A stretch of 62,107 bases of DNA, filler included. It is 9 parts of 9 records of this genome, joined end to end, with 100 filler letters (N's around TTAATTAATTAA, not from the genome) between each part and the next. Parts side by side here need not be neighbours in the genome. Positions count along the whole stretch, not along the records: positions 32,806 to 41,648 come from SRR31156797_38032; positions 41,749 to 48,941 come from SRR31156797_38059; 7 more parts are not named here. One strand, 5' to 3'. How positions within the stretch are numbered: the first letter of the stretch is position 1; each line of letters starts with the position of its first letter. A model generated the notes under the pieces. It was not told the DNA's origin. It saw only the letters and a program-made list of their open reading frames with translations, and did not search any database. Both the position numbers and the translations under genes were made by a program. Shown piece by piece: positions 36,958-46,772 of this stretch.

Positions 36958-36990
36958 ATATTACTTGAAGAATCTTAAAATTGTCTTAGA
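36958..36990 (-). promoter_or_regulatory. OmpR/CiaR-type direct-repeat promoter
   Basis: Minus strand reads TCTAAG-N5-TTTAAG-N10-TAATAT. Confidence 0.6.
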
Positions 36991-37103
36991 AATTTATTCT
37001 TTTTTAGAAGTTTTTATATTTTTTCCGAACCTTTAGACTCAAAACAGAGCAGTCCAATCTCGAGACATTGAAAAATAAGGATTTGTGGTCATTTTAAAAT
37101 ATC

Positions 37104-37137
37104 AAAAAAGAGGAAGTAAATTTTTACTTCCTCTTTT
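37104..37137 (-). terminator. Intrinsic terminator after the carbonic anhydrase
   Basis: AAAAGAGGAAGTAAA / TTTACTTCCTCTTTT inverted repeat with flanking A/T runs. Confidence 0.75.
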
Positions 37138-37139
37138 AT

Positions 37140-37793
37140 CTATTCTTGACCTATTATTTTTTCATGATTACCTATTAATTCAAAAACTTCCTCTTCGATA
37201 TTATAATCATAAACCTCTCCGGTTTCGATTATATAATACCAGCCATATATATTTAGCTCACCCATCATATATTTAGTTTCAATATTCGGGTAAGTGAATA
37301 AATTGTAAACTTGTTCAACTATATTGTATTGCTCAGTAACCCAGTTTCTCTCTGCAGTATCAACTTTTTCTTTTCCCTCAAAGTATTTATTTACACTTGC
37401 TTTTACTCTATCTGTGAGTTTCAGCCATTTATATGTATTTGGCGCTGTCTTTTCCAGCTCCTCATCCCAAATAGCCGAACAACCTCCACAATTTGAATGT
37501 CCGCAAACTACTATATTCTCAACATGAAGATGATTTACTGCATACTCTATTGCAGATGTAACAGATGAAAACGCCTGTGACTGATCAAATTTTGGTACGA
37601 CATTAGCTATATTTCTAAGTACAAATAATTCTCCCGGCAGTGTACTTGTTATCATATTTGGCACTACTCTTGAGTCTGCACAACCAATAAATAATGTATG
37701 AGGTTTTTGAGAACTTTTTAGTGTATTAAAATGTTCTTTTAAACGTGAAAAATCCTTATTTTTAAAGTTTAAAACACCATCTAGCAGTTCCAT
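37140..37793 (-). CDS. Beta-class carbonic anhydrase
   Basis: GCADSRV, GELFVLRNIAN, IEYAV and CGHSNCGG. ATG at 37793 follows AGGAGG. Confidence 0.93.
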   Translation of the reverse strand: MELLDGVLNFKNKDFSRLKEHFNTLKSSQKPHTLFIGCADSRVVPNMITSTLPGELFVLRNIANVVPKFDQSQAFSSVTSAIEYAVNHLHVENIVVCGHSNCGGCSAIWDEELEKTAPNTYKWLKLTDRVKASVNKYFEGKEKVDTAERNWVTEQYNIVEQVYNLFTYPNIETKYMMGELNIYGWYYIIETGEVYDYNIEEEVFELIGNHEKIIGQE

Positions 37794-37955
37794 AATTCCT
37801 CCTTTCAAATAAATAAAATCGATTAATTAATCAGATTCAAACATTATAGCATAAAAAAGCTTTCAATTTACAAAAAAATTAATTTTTTTATATCAAATAC
37901 CCCTTCAAGACTATTATACCTCATTAGGCCTGAAAGGGTATTATTTTTCTTATTT

Positions 37956-39992
37956 TTACTTTATCTTAAATCCTATCAATGTTATATCATCTCGTTGAGC
38001 TTCAGTTCCTTTGAATTCATCAAACTCTTTAAGCAGCAACTCTTTCTGTACTCTCAACTCTTTATCAGACGATTTTGCTAAAATTTTAAGTAACCTTTCC
38101 TTTCCAAACCATACCTGACTATTTTCTCTATTTTGATCTGTTATCCCATCACTAAACATATAAAATGTCTTAGCATCAGCTAGTTTAATTTTATGATCCG
38201 TATATTTATAATCTTCTTTGGATTTTGCATATCCTATACTCTGTTTATTTCCTTTTATTAGGTGAATTCCATCTTCATCATGATAAATAAGCGGAATCTT
38301 AGCCCCACTGTAGATCAGTTCATTTTCATTAGGCTTAAGCAGACATAAACCTATATCTAAACCGTCATCGGATCTTCTTTCTTTTTTTCTACCCTGTTCT
38401 TTCTGTAGAGTTCTTTTAATCAGAGCATTTAATTCACTCAATATTTTCGAAGGACAATCCTCACAAATTTCATCTATAATATGATGTAGTATCGAGTTAG
38501 CCATCATAGTCATAAAGGCCCCGGGCACACCGTGACCAGTACAATCAATAACCGCTATAAACAATTGATTATTGTGAGTCTCTTTATACCAATAAAGGTC
38601 TCCTCCAACGATATCTCGCGGTCGCCATATAATAAAGTTATCAGGTAAACGCTTTATGATTCCATCTTTATGTGGTAAAATAGCCGTTTGTATTTTTTCT
38701 GCATAATTAATACTCTCCAGAATTTTATGATTTTGATTTTCAAGTTCTCTGTTTTTCTCCTCCAACTCATTTGTAACTACTTTTACCAAATGAGTTAAAG
38801 CTCTAATATTTGCCATACTCTTTTCATCATAATACTCTTTCACTTTCCCTATTTTCTCTTTTTCTATTTTGTTGTCAAAACCTTTTTCAGACATTGCCAA
38901 CATTGTCATAGTCATATTCAGAGTTTCATTTCTTTTATTCAGATGAAAAAACTCACCATATGTAAAAAATCCCGCCGTTGTTGCAATCTTTTCTACAGGT
39001 TCTATTTCACTTAACACTTCATTTTTTAAGAAAGCTTTTCTTGCAGCACATGAATAGATAAATACTGTTTCAGGTTTTAGCCTATTTAGCTCCTTCGTTA
39101 TCTCTTTAATATTTTGCAATACTAAATTAACGTTACCATATCCAAACTGTATCTTTTCTCCTTTATACAGCTTTCCACTATAGATAATCGATCCATCATC
39201 GTGAACTGTAAGTGCTTCTCTGGCAATTTTTACACCGTCTCTTTTTATTATTATTGGAAATTCCGCGCCGGCAAAATTCATTAGATTATCCGATATCTCT
39301 TTCCCCAGATATTTTTTATACATTTCAAAAGCAGGAATTCCATTTAAAGTATATAATCTGTTTTCATCGACTTCCGTTACTTCCATCAGTTTACCTATCT
39401 CTTGCCATCCCATGCTGTATGTTGTATGGACTTCTAATCGAGCACTATTAAGTGATACTCCTACTATTCCGCTTCCATTAGATATAATTTTAGAGCCGAT
39501 AAATACTTTCCCACCGACAATTTCGAAATTATCCCCTGCAACTCCTCCAGCTACAATTAAATCTTTTTTTACTGATTCAATTCCCTTTAAAAGATCCTCT
39601 CTATTAGCATGTAGGGTATCCGAAAATAAAATTATCGCTTTAGTATTACTTTCTATTAATTCATTTGCGATTTTGATTCCCATATTAAAATAATCATTAC
39701 TTTCACTATCAATATAAGAGCTTTTTATACTTGTTGCTTCAAAAATTGTAAATGAAATAACAACCGAATTATCCGAAATCCCTCCGTTTATTATTTCACC
39801 TGCAGTTGTTGTTCCTATTATTGTTGCTAAAGGTAATAACTCCGCAAGATCACCTGTAGCTTTTTTTATTAGATCGTCATCTAGACTTCCAACAAAAACC
39901 TGAATTAACATCTCTTGATTTTTGATACTGTTTTTTTTAATAAAGTCTTTAAGCTTTTCAACATTCTCATATAACATATTTAATGTTTTCAT
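37956..39992 (-). CDS. FIST_N/FIST_C sensor fused to a PP2C (SpoIIE/RsbU) phosphatase
   Basis: GTTTAGEI, AGGVAGD, YSCAARK, GFFTYGE (FIST); VGGDLYW, DCTGHGVPGA, FSDG and QRDDIT (PP2C). Confidence 0.9.
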   Translation of the reverse strand: MKTLNMLYENVEKLKDFIKKNSIKNQEMLIQVFVGSLDDDLIKKATGDLAELLPLATIIGTTTAGEIINGGISDNSVVISFTIFEATSIKSSYIDSESNDYFNMGIKIANELIESNTKAIILFSDTLHANREDLLKGIESVKKDLIVAGGVAGDNFEIVGGKVFIGSKIISNGSGIVGVSLNSARLEVHTTYSMGWQEIGKLMEVTEVDENRLYTLNGIPAFEMYKKYLGKEISDNLMNFAGAEFPIIIKRDGVKIAREALTVHDDGSIIYSGKLYKGEKIQFGYGNVNLVLQNIKEITKELNRLKPETVFIYSCAARKAFLKNEVLSEIEPVEKIATTAGFFTYGEFFHLNKRNETLNMTMTMLAMSEKGFDNKIEKEKIGKVKEYYDEKSMANIRALTHLVKVVTNELEEKNRELENQNHKILESINYAEKIQTAILPHKDGIIKRLPDNFIIWRPRDIVGGDLYWYKETHNNQLFIAVIDCTGHGVPGAFMTMMANSILHHIIDEICEDCPSKILSELNALIKRTLQKEQGRKKERRSDDGLDIGLCLLKPNENELIYSGAKIPLIYHDEDGIHLIKGNKQSIGYAKSKEDYKYTDHKIKLADAKTFYMFSDGITDQNRENSQVWFGKERLLKILAKSSDKELRVQKELLLKEFDEFKGTEAQRDDITLIGFKIK

Positions 39993-40221
39993 TTCCTATT
40001 ACCTCCACAACAGCATATCTTAGCGACATTTTTATTATTTAAACCTTTATTATCTCTACTTAGTAAAATCAACATTCCCTTTATTATTTTTTAGTTTACT
40101 GAGTTTTTGTGTAGAAAAAAACTTGATTTCTATAAAAATATGTAGTATAAATTGAGTGTGAATAAATAGCGTGCAATTTAATTGTTTAAAAGTTTATTAG
40201 TTTTATAGAGGAGAGATTAAT

Positions 40222-41607
40222 ATGAAAAAATATGATCTAGTTGTTATCGGTGCAGGTGCAGGAGGTTTATCAGCTGCATATACAGCAAAGGGTTTTGGGA
40301 AAAAAGTTCTGCTTATTGAGAAAGAAAAACCCGGTGGTGAATGTACATGGAGCGGTTGTGTACCAAGTAAAGGATTGATTAATCTAGCTAAAGAGATTCA
40401 TCATGTTAAGAAATGGGTTCCTGATTATGAAGTAGATACAACTGAGATATTAAAAAGAGTTCGGGATGTTATACAAAATGTATATTCTGGAGAAACTCCG
40501 GAAAAACTGCAAGCTGATGGGATCGAATATTTAAATGGTACTGCAAAATTTATCTCGGAAAATACAGTAGAGGTTAATGGAGAAAAAATAAGTGCTCATA
40601 AAATAGTTATTTCAACAGGTTCATCACCATTTGTACCACCAATCGAAGGAATAAATGATGTTGAGTATTTAACAAATGAAAATCTGTTTTATCAGGAAAA
40701 ATTGCCTAAAAGCATTCTTATCCTGGGTGGTGGAGCGATTGGAGTAGAAATGGCTCAATCACTTAACAGATTAGGAGTAGAAGTTAGTTTAGTTGAGATG
40801 ATGGACACTATTCTATTCAGAGAAGAGCAGGATTTGGTTAAGATGCTTAGAGATGAACTGGAAAAAGAGGGTGTGAATTTTTATGAAAAGCATAAAGCTG
40901 TCAAAGTAGAAAAATCAGATACAGGCGTAACTTTAACTGTTGAAAAAGATGATATAAAATCACAATTATCTGCTGAGTCAATATTAGTTGCAGTTGGAAG
41001 AAAAGCTAATATGTCGGGAATTGGACTTGAGGAAGCAGGCATCAAAACAAACAGAAGAGGAATTGAAGTAAATGAAAAACTTGAAACAAGTTTAAAAAAT
41101 GTATATGCTGTTGGAGATGTCGCAGGACCATACCAATTCTCACACATGGCAAATGTACAGGGAATATTAGCTGCCAAAAATGCTATTTTACCTATTAACT
41201 CCAAGATAGATTACACTCATGTAGCATGGTGTACATTTAGTGATCCTGAGCTTGCAAGAGCAGGTATGTCAGAAGAGGAAGCTAAAAAATCTCATGAAGG
41301 AGTAAGAGTATACGAGCATAGTTATGAACATTTGGACAGAGCCAAAACAAAAGCTGGAAGCATCGGTAAAGTTAAATTAATTTTAGATAAAAAAGGAAAA
41401 GTACTCGGAGCATCAGTACTGGGAGACAGAGCAGGGGAGATCATCTCTGAGATTCAGGTTATCAAAACTCTGGGACTTAATTTTGCTAAATTAACAAATG
41501 TTATTCACCCTTACCCGACTTATTCTGAAATATTAAATAAAATCTCTAAAAGAGTAACTGTAGATAATATCTTAGAAAATCCGGTTGTTAAGTTAGTAAG
41601 AAAATAA
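40222..41607 (+). CDS. Class I pyridine nucleotide-disulfide oxidoreductase (Lpd/MerA-like, no C-terminal CC)
   Basis: GAGAGG, GGECTWSGCVPSK, GGGAIGVE, YAVGD and HPYPTYSE. Confidence 0.88.
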   Translation: MKKYDLVVIGAGAGGLSAAYTAKGFGKKVLLIEKEKPGGECTWSGCVPSKGLINLAKEIHHVKKWVPDYEVDTTEILKRVRDVIQNVYSGETPEKLQADGIEYLNGTAKFISENTVEVNGEKISAHKIVISTGSSPFVPPIEGINDVEYLTNENLFYQEKLPKSILILGGGAIGVEMAQSLNRLGVEVSLVEMMDTILFREEQDLVKMLRDELEKEGVNFYEKHKAVKVEKSDTGVTLTVEKDDIKSQLSAESILVAVGRKANMSGIGLEEAGIKTNRRGIEVNEKLETSLKNVYAVGDVAGPYQFSHMANVQGILAAKNAILPINSKIDYTHVAWCTFSDPELARAGMSEEEAKKSHEGVRVYEHSYEHLDRAKTKAGSIGKVKLILDKKGKVLGASVLGDRAGEIISEIQVIKTLGLNFAKLTNVIHPYPTYSEILNKISKRVTVDNILENPVVKLVRK

Positions 41608-41648
41608 AAAATATAATGAACTATATATATTTTAATTAGTTTCTTGTA

Positions 41649-41748
41649 NNNNNNNNNNNNNNNNNNNNNNNNNNNNNNNNNNNNNNNNNNNNTTAATTAA
41701 TTAANNNNNNNNNNNNNNNNNNNNNNNNNNNNNNNNNNNNNNNNNNNN
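41649..41748. other. Artificial contig linker
   Basis: 44 N + TTAATTAATTAA + 44 N. Confidence 0.99.
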
Positions 41749-42853
41749 ATGAATTAAACTTGTAAGTAAAACTTTTATCAGATAGTGTTGTGTCATTTTC
41801 TAAACTCCATAAATAATTTAACGATCCGGTATTTGTTGTTGAATTGTTCGTAAATTTCACTTCGTTTGAAAAACAATCGATCATTTCCCATGAAAAATCA
41901 GCTTTAGGATCGTATTGAATTATATCTGCAGAAAGTACCATTTCGCAACCCGTTTCCGATTCCATGTGGCAGTAATATTTTTCACCTTCCTTAGGGGCAG
42001 TTAATATCAAATCCTGCTCTGTACCAATTATCGTTAGGCTATCTGTGTCAAGCCACTCGTAAGTTGCAAACCCCTCAGGAGCCTCCAATACAGCCATTGA
42101 ATCGCCGGTGCAATAATCAACAGTTATGTATAATGGCATACAGTCTAAAACAAAATAGGCGTAGCCAAAATGAAATTGTCCCTTACAATCGGCAGCCATA
42201 AATTCAATGGTAATTTCCTGTCCAAGGTATTTGGTCAAATTAGCACCTACCGTTGTCCAATCTCTCCACATTACCGGATCATTGGCTCCAGAAGGAGTAT
42301 AAGATTTAAAGCCTTCAATACTTGAAGAAGAAAAAACATCGTAATTGGCACAATCCGAGATTTTATTCTCAAACTGATCGTAAAGAGTAAGTTTAAAACG
42401 AGGCTCCATTTCCTCTGTATGATCGCTGGCATATTCCATCACGCATGCAAATTTCATTAACAAAAAAGCGTTGGAAGAATCTACAGTCATGGTGTAACGC
42501 AGGCTTTGTTCCCAGCATCTGGGCCTTGAATCAGAGCTTTTTATTTCATCTCCTAACCTTGCGGAATAAATATATCCTTCGGGTATCATTTTTAAGGCAT
42601 TGCCGGTATTTGCATCGTAGGCCGACTGATCTGAAATAAGAACATGACGGCGTGAAGTGGGTAATGTAACTTCTGCAGGTGACGTATTAATTGATGTCAC
42701 ATCCACGCTTTCTCTCCAGGCATATCCCTTCCAACCGGAGAAGTTCCCATTTTCAAAGCCAAGGTTCTTTGTTTCTACGGATTGAGCATAAACCACCTGA
42801 GCTAAAAGGAATGATATTACAACAACAATGAGTACCCGATTTACATGAATCAT
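41749..42853 (-). CDS. Secreted PKD-domain protein, probable T9SS cargo (3'-truncated)
   Basis: Signal peptide (VYA-Q), NLGFENGNFSGW, SARLG, HFGYAY, APEGFATYEW and a PKD start PKADF...VKFTNNST...YLW. Confidence 0.7.
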
Positions 42854-43069
42854 AAATGGTTTTATTATGGTTATAGATCTATTTGCCTGGCAGTTTTATA
42901 TTATTATTAAAAAATATAACAAGTAATAATATTAACCACCTATTGTATTACAGGCCATTTGCAATAATCCCTATTTTTGTTTTGCTACATAATGTCCCTT
43001 GTTAAAATTCAGGGGAAAGCTTAGGTGTACAAAAAATTTGTACGACAATTCTTAGCAACCTATTTTTCT

Positions 43070-43077
43070 TACATTTG
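43070..43077 (+). promoter_or_regulatory. Bacteroidota -7 promoter element
   Basis: TACATTTG matches TAnnTTTG, 23 nt before the peptidase ATG. Confidence 0.55.
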
Positions 43078-43100
43078 CGAATGACAAAATTTATAGCAAA

Positions 43101-45314
43101 ATGAATAAAATACCTGGTTTACTATTTTTATTAATTCTGGCTTTCTCAGCCGCTGCGCAATCGCAAAAAATTACACTCGAAGACATATTTGTAAAAGGGA
43201 CCTTTCGGGCCCAATCGGTATACGGACTACGTTCGATGAACGATGGAATACATTATACCACATTAGAAGGGGGCAAAAAGATTGTAAAATACAGTTACCC
43301 AACAGGAGACGAGGTAGACGTATTATTCGATATTTCAAAAGTGAAAGATGCGCCAATTTCTTCATTTATAGCTTACGAATTTAGCAATGATGAAACCAAA
43401 ATATTACTCACTACTCAGCGAAAAGCAATTTATCGTCGTTCTTTCACTGCCGAATACTATATTTGGAACTCGGTTTCCAAAGAGTTAAGTCAGCTTTCAG
43501 ACAAAGGTGCACAACAAATTGCCACCTTTTCACCCGATGGAACCAGAATTGCCTATGTACGCAACAACAATATTTTTATTAAAAACCTAAAATTTGGAAG
43601 CACACATAAAGTAACTTCCGACGGAAAGTTCAACGAAATAATTAATGGTGCACCAGATTGGGTTTACGAAGAAGAATTTGGTTTTAACAAAGCTTTCTGG
43701 TGGTCGCCCGATAGTAAATTCCTGGCATTTGTACGTTTTGATGAAACAGCCGTGCCTGAGTTTACAATGCCAATGTATGCCGGAGCTGCACCAACACTTA
43801 GCGACAATATACTGTATACCGGCCAGTATACTTTTAAGTATCCGAAAGCAGGAGAAACGAACTCTACCGTTACTGTTCATTCGTACGATGTAAAATCGAA
43901 AACTACGGTTAAAGTTGACATAGGTGAAAAAACAAATATTTATGTACCTCGGTTAAAATGGACACCTGATGCCAACGAATTGATAGTAATGCGCTTAAAC
44001 CGTCATCAAAATAAAATCGACATTCTTTATGCAAATCCCTACACCGGAGATAGTCGCAATTTTTATACAGAAAAAAATAACCGGTATCTTTCAGAAGATT
44101 TCCTTGATGCATTTACTTACCTTGAAAACGGAAATTTTGTATTAAAAAGCGAACGGGATGGTTATTCACATTTGTATTTATATGACAAACAAGGTTTTGA
44201 AATAACACAACTTACAGAAGGAGAATATGATGTGACTGATTTTTATGGTTACGACCCGATTAAAAATTTATATTACTATCAGGCTGCAGCTGAATCCCCT
44301 CTGCGCAGGGAAGTTTACTATGTAGGTTTCGATAAAAAGAAAAAGGTTAGTGGCAAATTGTCAACGCTCGAAGGAACAAACAGAGCAGTATTCAGTAAAA
44401 ATTACAAATATTTTATTAATTATTACAGTAATGCTCAAACCCCTAATTATATTACTCTTCATTCGAACGGTAAAAAAGTTGAGCAAATCCGATTTCTTCA
44501 GGACAATACTGTTCTTAAAAACACAATAGAGTCATTAAAGATTCCACAGAAAGAATTTTTCACATTTAAAACCTCAGAAGGAATTGAACTTAATGGTTGG
44601 ATGTTAAAACCCGTTGGATTCCAGGCATCAGAAAAATACCCTGTGCTAATGACGCAATACAGCGGCCCCAATTCGCAAAGTGTAACCGACTCCTGGGGGC
44701 GTGGAATTGGCTGGAATGAATACCTGGCCCAGGAAGGTTTTTTGGTGGTTTGTATTGATCCTCGCGGAACCGGAGCCCGAGGTGAAGAATTCAGGAAATT
44801 AACTTATCAACAATTGGGGAAATACGAATCGGAAGATCAGGTTGAAGCGGCAAAATACCTGGGTACCTTACCTTATGTTGATGCCTCAAACATTGCCATT
44901 TTTGGTTGGAGCTACGGTGGTTTTATGACCCTGCTTTCGATGGAGAAAGGAGGAGAGCTGTTTAAAGCCGGTATTTCGGTTGCCCCGGTTACAAGTTGGC
45001 GCTTCTATGACACTGTTTATACTGAACGTTTTATGCGAACTCCTCAAGAAAACCCCGAAGGATATGATGATAATTCACCGCTTAGTCATGCAGCAGATAT
45101 TAAAGGACGTTTATTAATTGTGCATGGAACTGCTGATGACAATGTTCACGCTCAAAATACTTATGAAATGACTGAAAAACTTGTACAGGCAGGTGTTCAG
45201 TTCGAAATGGCCATTTATACCAACAGAAATCATGGCATACGAGGAGGTAAGACAAGTATACATTTGTACACTAAAATGACAAACTTTTTAAAAGAGAATT
45301 TAATGCAGAAGTAA
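43101..45314 (+). CDS. S9B dipeptidyl-peptidase IV
   Basis: DWVYEEE, GWSYGG (Ser), HGTADDNVH (Asp) and NHGI (His); signal peptide. Confidence 0.93.
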   Translation: MNKIPGLLFLLILAFSAAAQSQKITLEDIFVKGTFRAQSVYGLRSMNDGIHYTTLEGGKKIVKYSYPTGDEVDVLFDISKVKDAPISSFIAYEFSNDETKILLTTQRKAIYRRSFTAEYYIWNSVSKELSQLSDKGAQQIATFSPDGTRIAYVRNNNIFIKNLKFGSTHKVTSDGKFNEIINGAPDWVYEEEFGFNKAFWWSPDSKFLAFVRFDETAVPEFTMPMYAGAAPTLSDNILYTGQYTFKYPKAGETNSTVTVHSYDVKSKTTVKVDIGEKTNIYVPRLKWTPDANELIVMRLNRHQNKIDILYANPYTGDSRNFYTEKNNRYLSEDFLDAFTYLENGNFVLKSERDGYSHLYLYDKQGFEITQLTEGEYDVTDFYGYDPIKNLYYYQAAAESPLRREVYYVGFDKKKKVSGKLSTLEGTNRAVFSKNYKYFINYYSNAQTPNYITLHSNGKKVEQIRFLQDNTVLKNTIESLKIPQKEFFTFKTSEGIELNGWMLKPVGFQASEKYPVLMTQYSGPNSQSVTDSWGRGIGWNEYLAQEGFLVVCIDPRGTGARGEEFRKLTYQQLGKYESEDQVEAAKYLGTLPYVDASNIAIFGWSYGGFMTLLSMEKGGELFKAGISVAPVTSWRFYDTVYTERFMRTPQENPEGYDDNSPLSHAADIKGRLLIVHGTADDNVHAQNTYEMTEKLVQAGVQFEMAIYTNRNHGIRGGKTSIHLYTKMTNFLKENLMQK

Positions 45315-45339
45315 ATACAATCAACCAATCCTTATATAA

Positions 45340-45376
45340 AAAAATGCCCTTAAGGTTAAAACTTTAGGGCATTTTT
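45340..45376 (+). terminator. Intrinsic terminator
   Basis: AAAAATGCCCT...AGGGCATTTTT. Confidence 0.7.
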
Positions 45377-45605
45377 CATATAACACATTAAGAATTATAC
45401 TCTTATAATTATGTTTGATTTGAGAAAAGATATTTCTTTTTATTATCCAATAAGAAGCCCCAAATTAGCCAACCTGGGTATTTTGCAAAACTGAAACAGG
45501 ACATTCTGCTTTATTGTTTTTCTACAGTTTCATAATCAGTTAAATTATATTATCTTTCCCTGTAATTGCTAAGCAAGTAAGAACAATATTATATTAAACT
45601 ACCAA

Positions 45606-46763
45606 ATGATTTACAAAATGCAATTCCAAATGAGAAGTTTATTTTTTATGATGGCAGTAATAGTACTCGCCTCATGTTCGGTTGAAACACAAAAAAAAAT
45701 GCCGCCTCAACAGGTTAAAATCGTCGAGGTTGAACAAAGAGATTTAGTTGACAAAATGGATTTTGTTGGTCAGGTTTATGGCTATCAAGATATTTCAATC
45801 AGGGCCCGTGTTCCGGGATACCTCGAAGGAATACATTTTCAGGAAGGTTTTCCCGTAAAAAAAGGACAATTATTGTACACCATTGATGCTCAGCCCTACG
45901 AAGCAGAAGTTGCTGCTCAGCGAAGTTTATTGGCTGAAGCAAAATCGGTTTTTGCGAAGGCACAAAACGATTTAAACCGATACAAACCTTTGGCAGCCAC
46001 CAATGCGGTGAGTCAGTCTGACCTGGACGGTGCTCAAACCCAGTTTGAAGCAGCTGAAGCAAATGTAAAGGCCGCTGAAGCCAATCTGGAAATCTCCAAA
46101 ATAAAACTCAGTTATACCCGTGTACATTCTCCAATCAATGGGCTAATAGGCAAATCAATGGCATATGTGGGTGACCTGGTAGGTCAGGCTCCACTAGTAG
46201 AATTAAATACAGTTTCAAAAATGGACAACATCCATGTTGACTTTTTCTTGCCTGAGAACCTTTACCTTCAAATTATCAGAGTGCTTCAAAATAAGGAAAT
46301 GCTTAATGAATACAGGGCAAAAAAGGATTCTACACTGGAATTGGTTTTGGCCGATGGAAGCATACACAAACACAAAGGTTATGTTAATTTTATCGACCGG
46401 GGTGTTGACAGTAACACCGGAACAATATTGGTTCAAACCATGTTTCCAAATCCCGACATGGTAATTCGCCCCGGACAATATGCAAAAGTTCGTATCCCAA
46501 TAACTCACCGGAATGCAATTATCATCCCTCAAAAATGTGTAAAAGAACTACAAGGACAGTTTTCGGTATTTATTGTAAACGAAGAAAATAAAATAGAAAC
46601 CAGACAGATTACCGGAGGTAATAAAGTAAACGATTATTGGATTATTGAAGAAGGACTTCAGAAAGGGGAAAAAGTGCTAATCGACGGTCTTCAGAAGGTT
46701 CGTAACGGAGTTCCGGTTGTAGCCGAAACAGTAGAATTTAAAAGTCAGTTTCCAACCCTCTAA
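45606..46763 (+). CDS. RND efflux periplasmic adaptor (AcrA-like lipoprotein)
   Basis: Lipobox LASC; IRARVPGYL...VKKGQLLYTID; SPINGLIG; IRPGQY. Confidence 0.92.
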   Translation: MIYKMQFQMRSLFFMMAVIVLASCSVETQKKMPPQQVKIVEVEQRDLVDKMDFVGQVYGYQDISIRARVPGYLEGIHFQEGFPVKKGQLLYTIDAQPYEAEVAAQRSLLAEAKSVFAKAQNDLNRYKPLAATNAVSQSDLDGAQTQFEAAEANVKAAEANLEISKIKLSYTRVHSPINGLIGKSMAYVGDLVGQAPLVELNTVSKMDNIHVDFFLPENLYLQIIRVLQNKEMLNEYRAKKDSTLELVLADGSIHKHKGYVNFIDRGVDSNTGTILVQTMFPNPDMVIRPGQYAKVRIPITHRNAIIIPQKCVKELQGQFSVFIVNEENKIETRQITGGNKVNDYWIIEEGLQKGEKVLIDGLQKVRNGVPVVAETVEFKSQFPTL

Positions 46764-46772
46764 TATTCAATT

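Noticed and set aside
40222-41607. Mercuric reductase merA
   Set aside because: There is no C-terminal Cys-Cys pair, no N-terminal HMA domain and no mer genes nearby.
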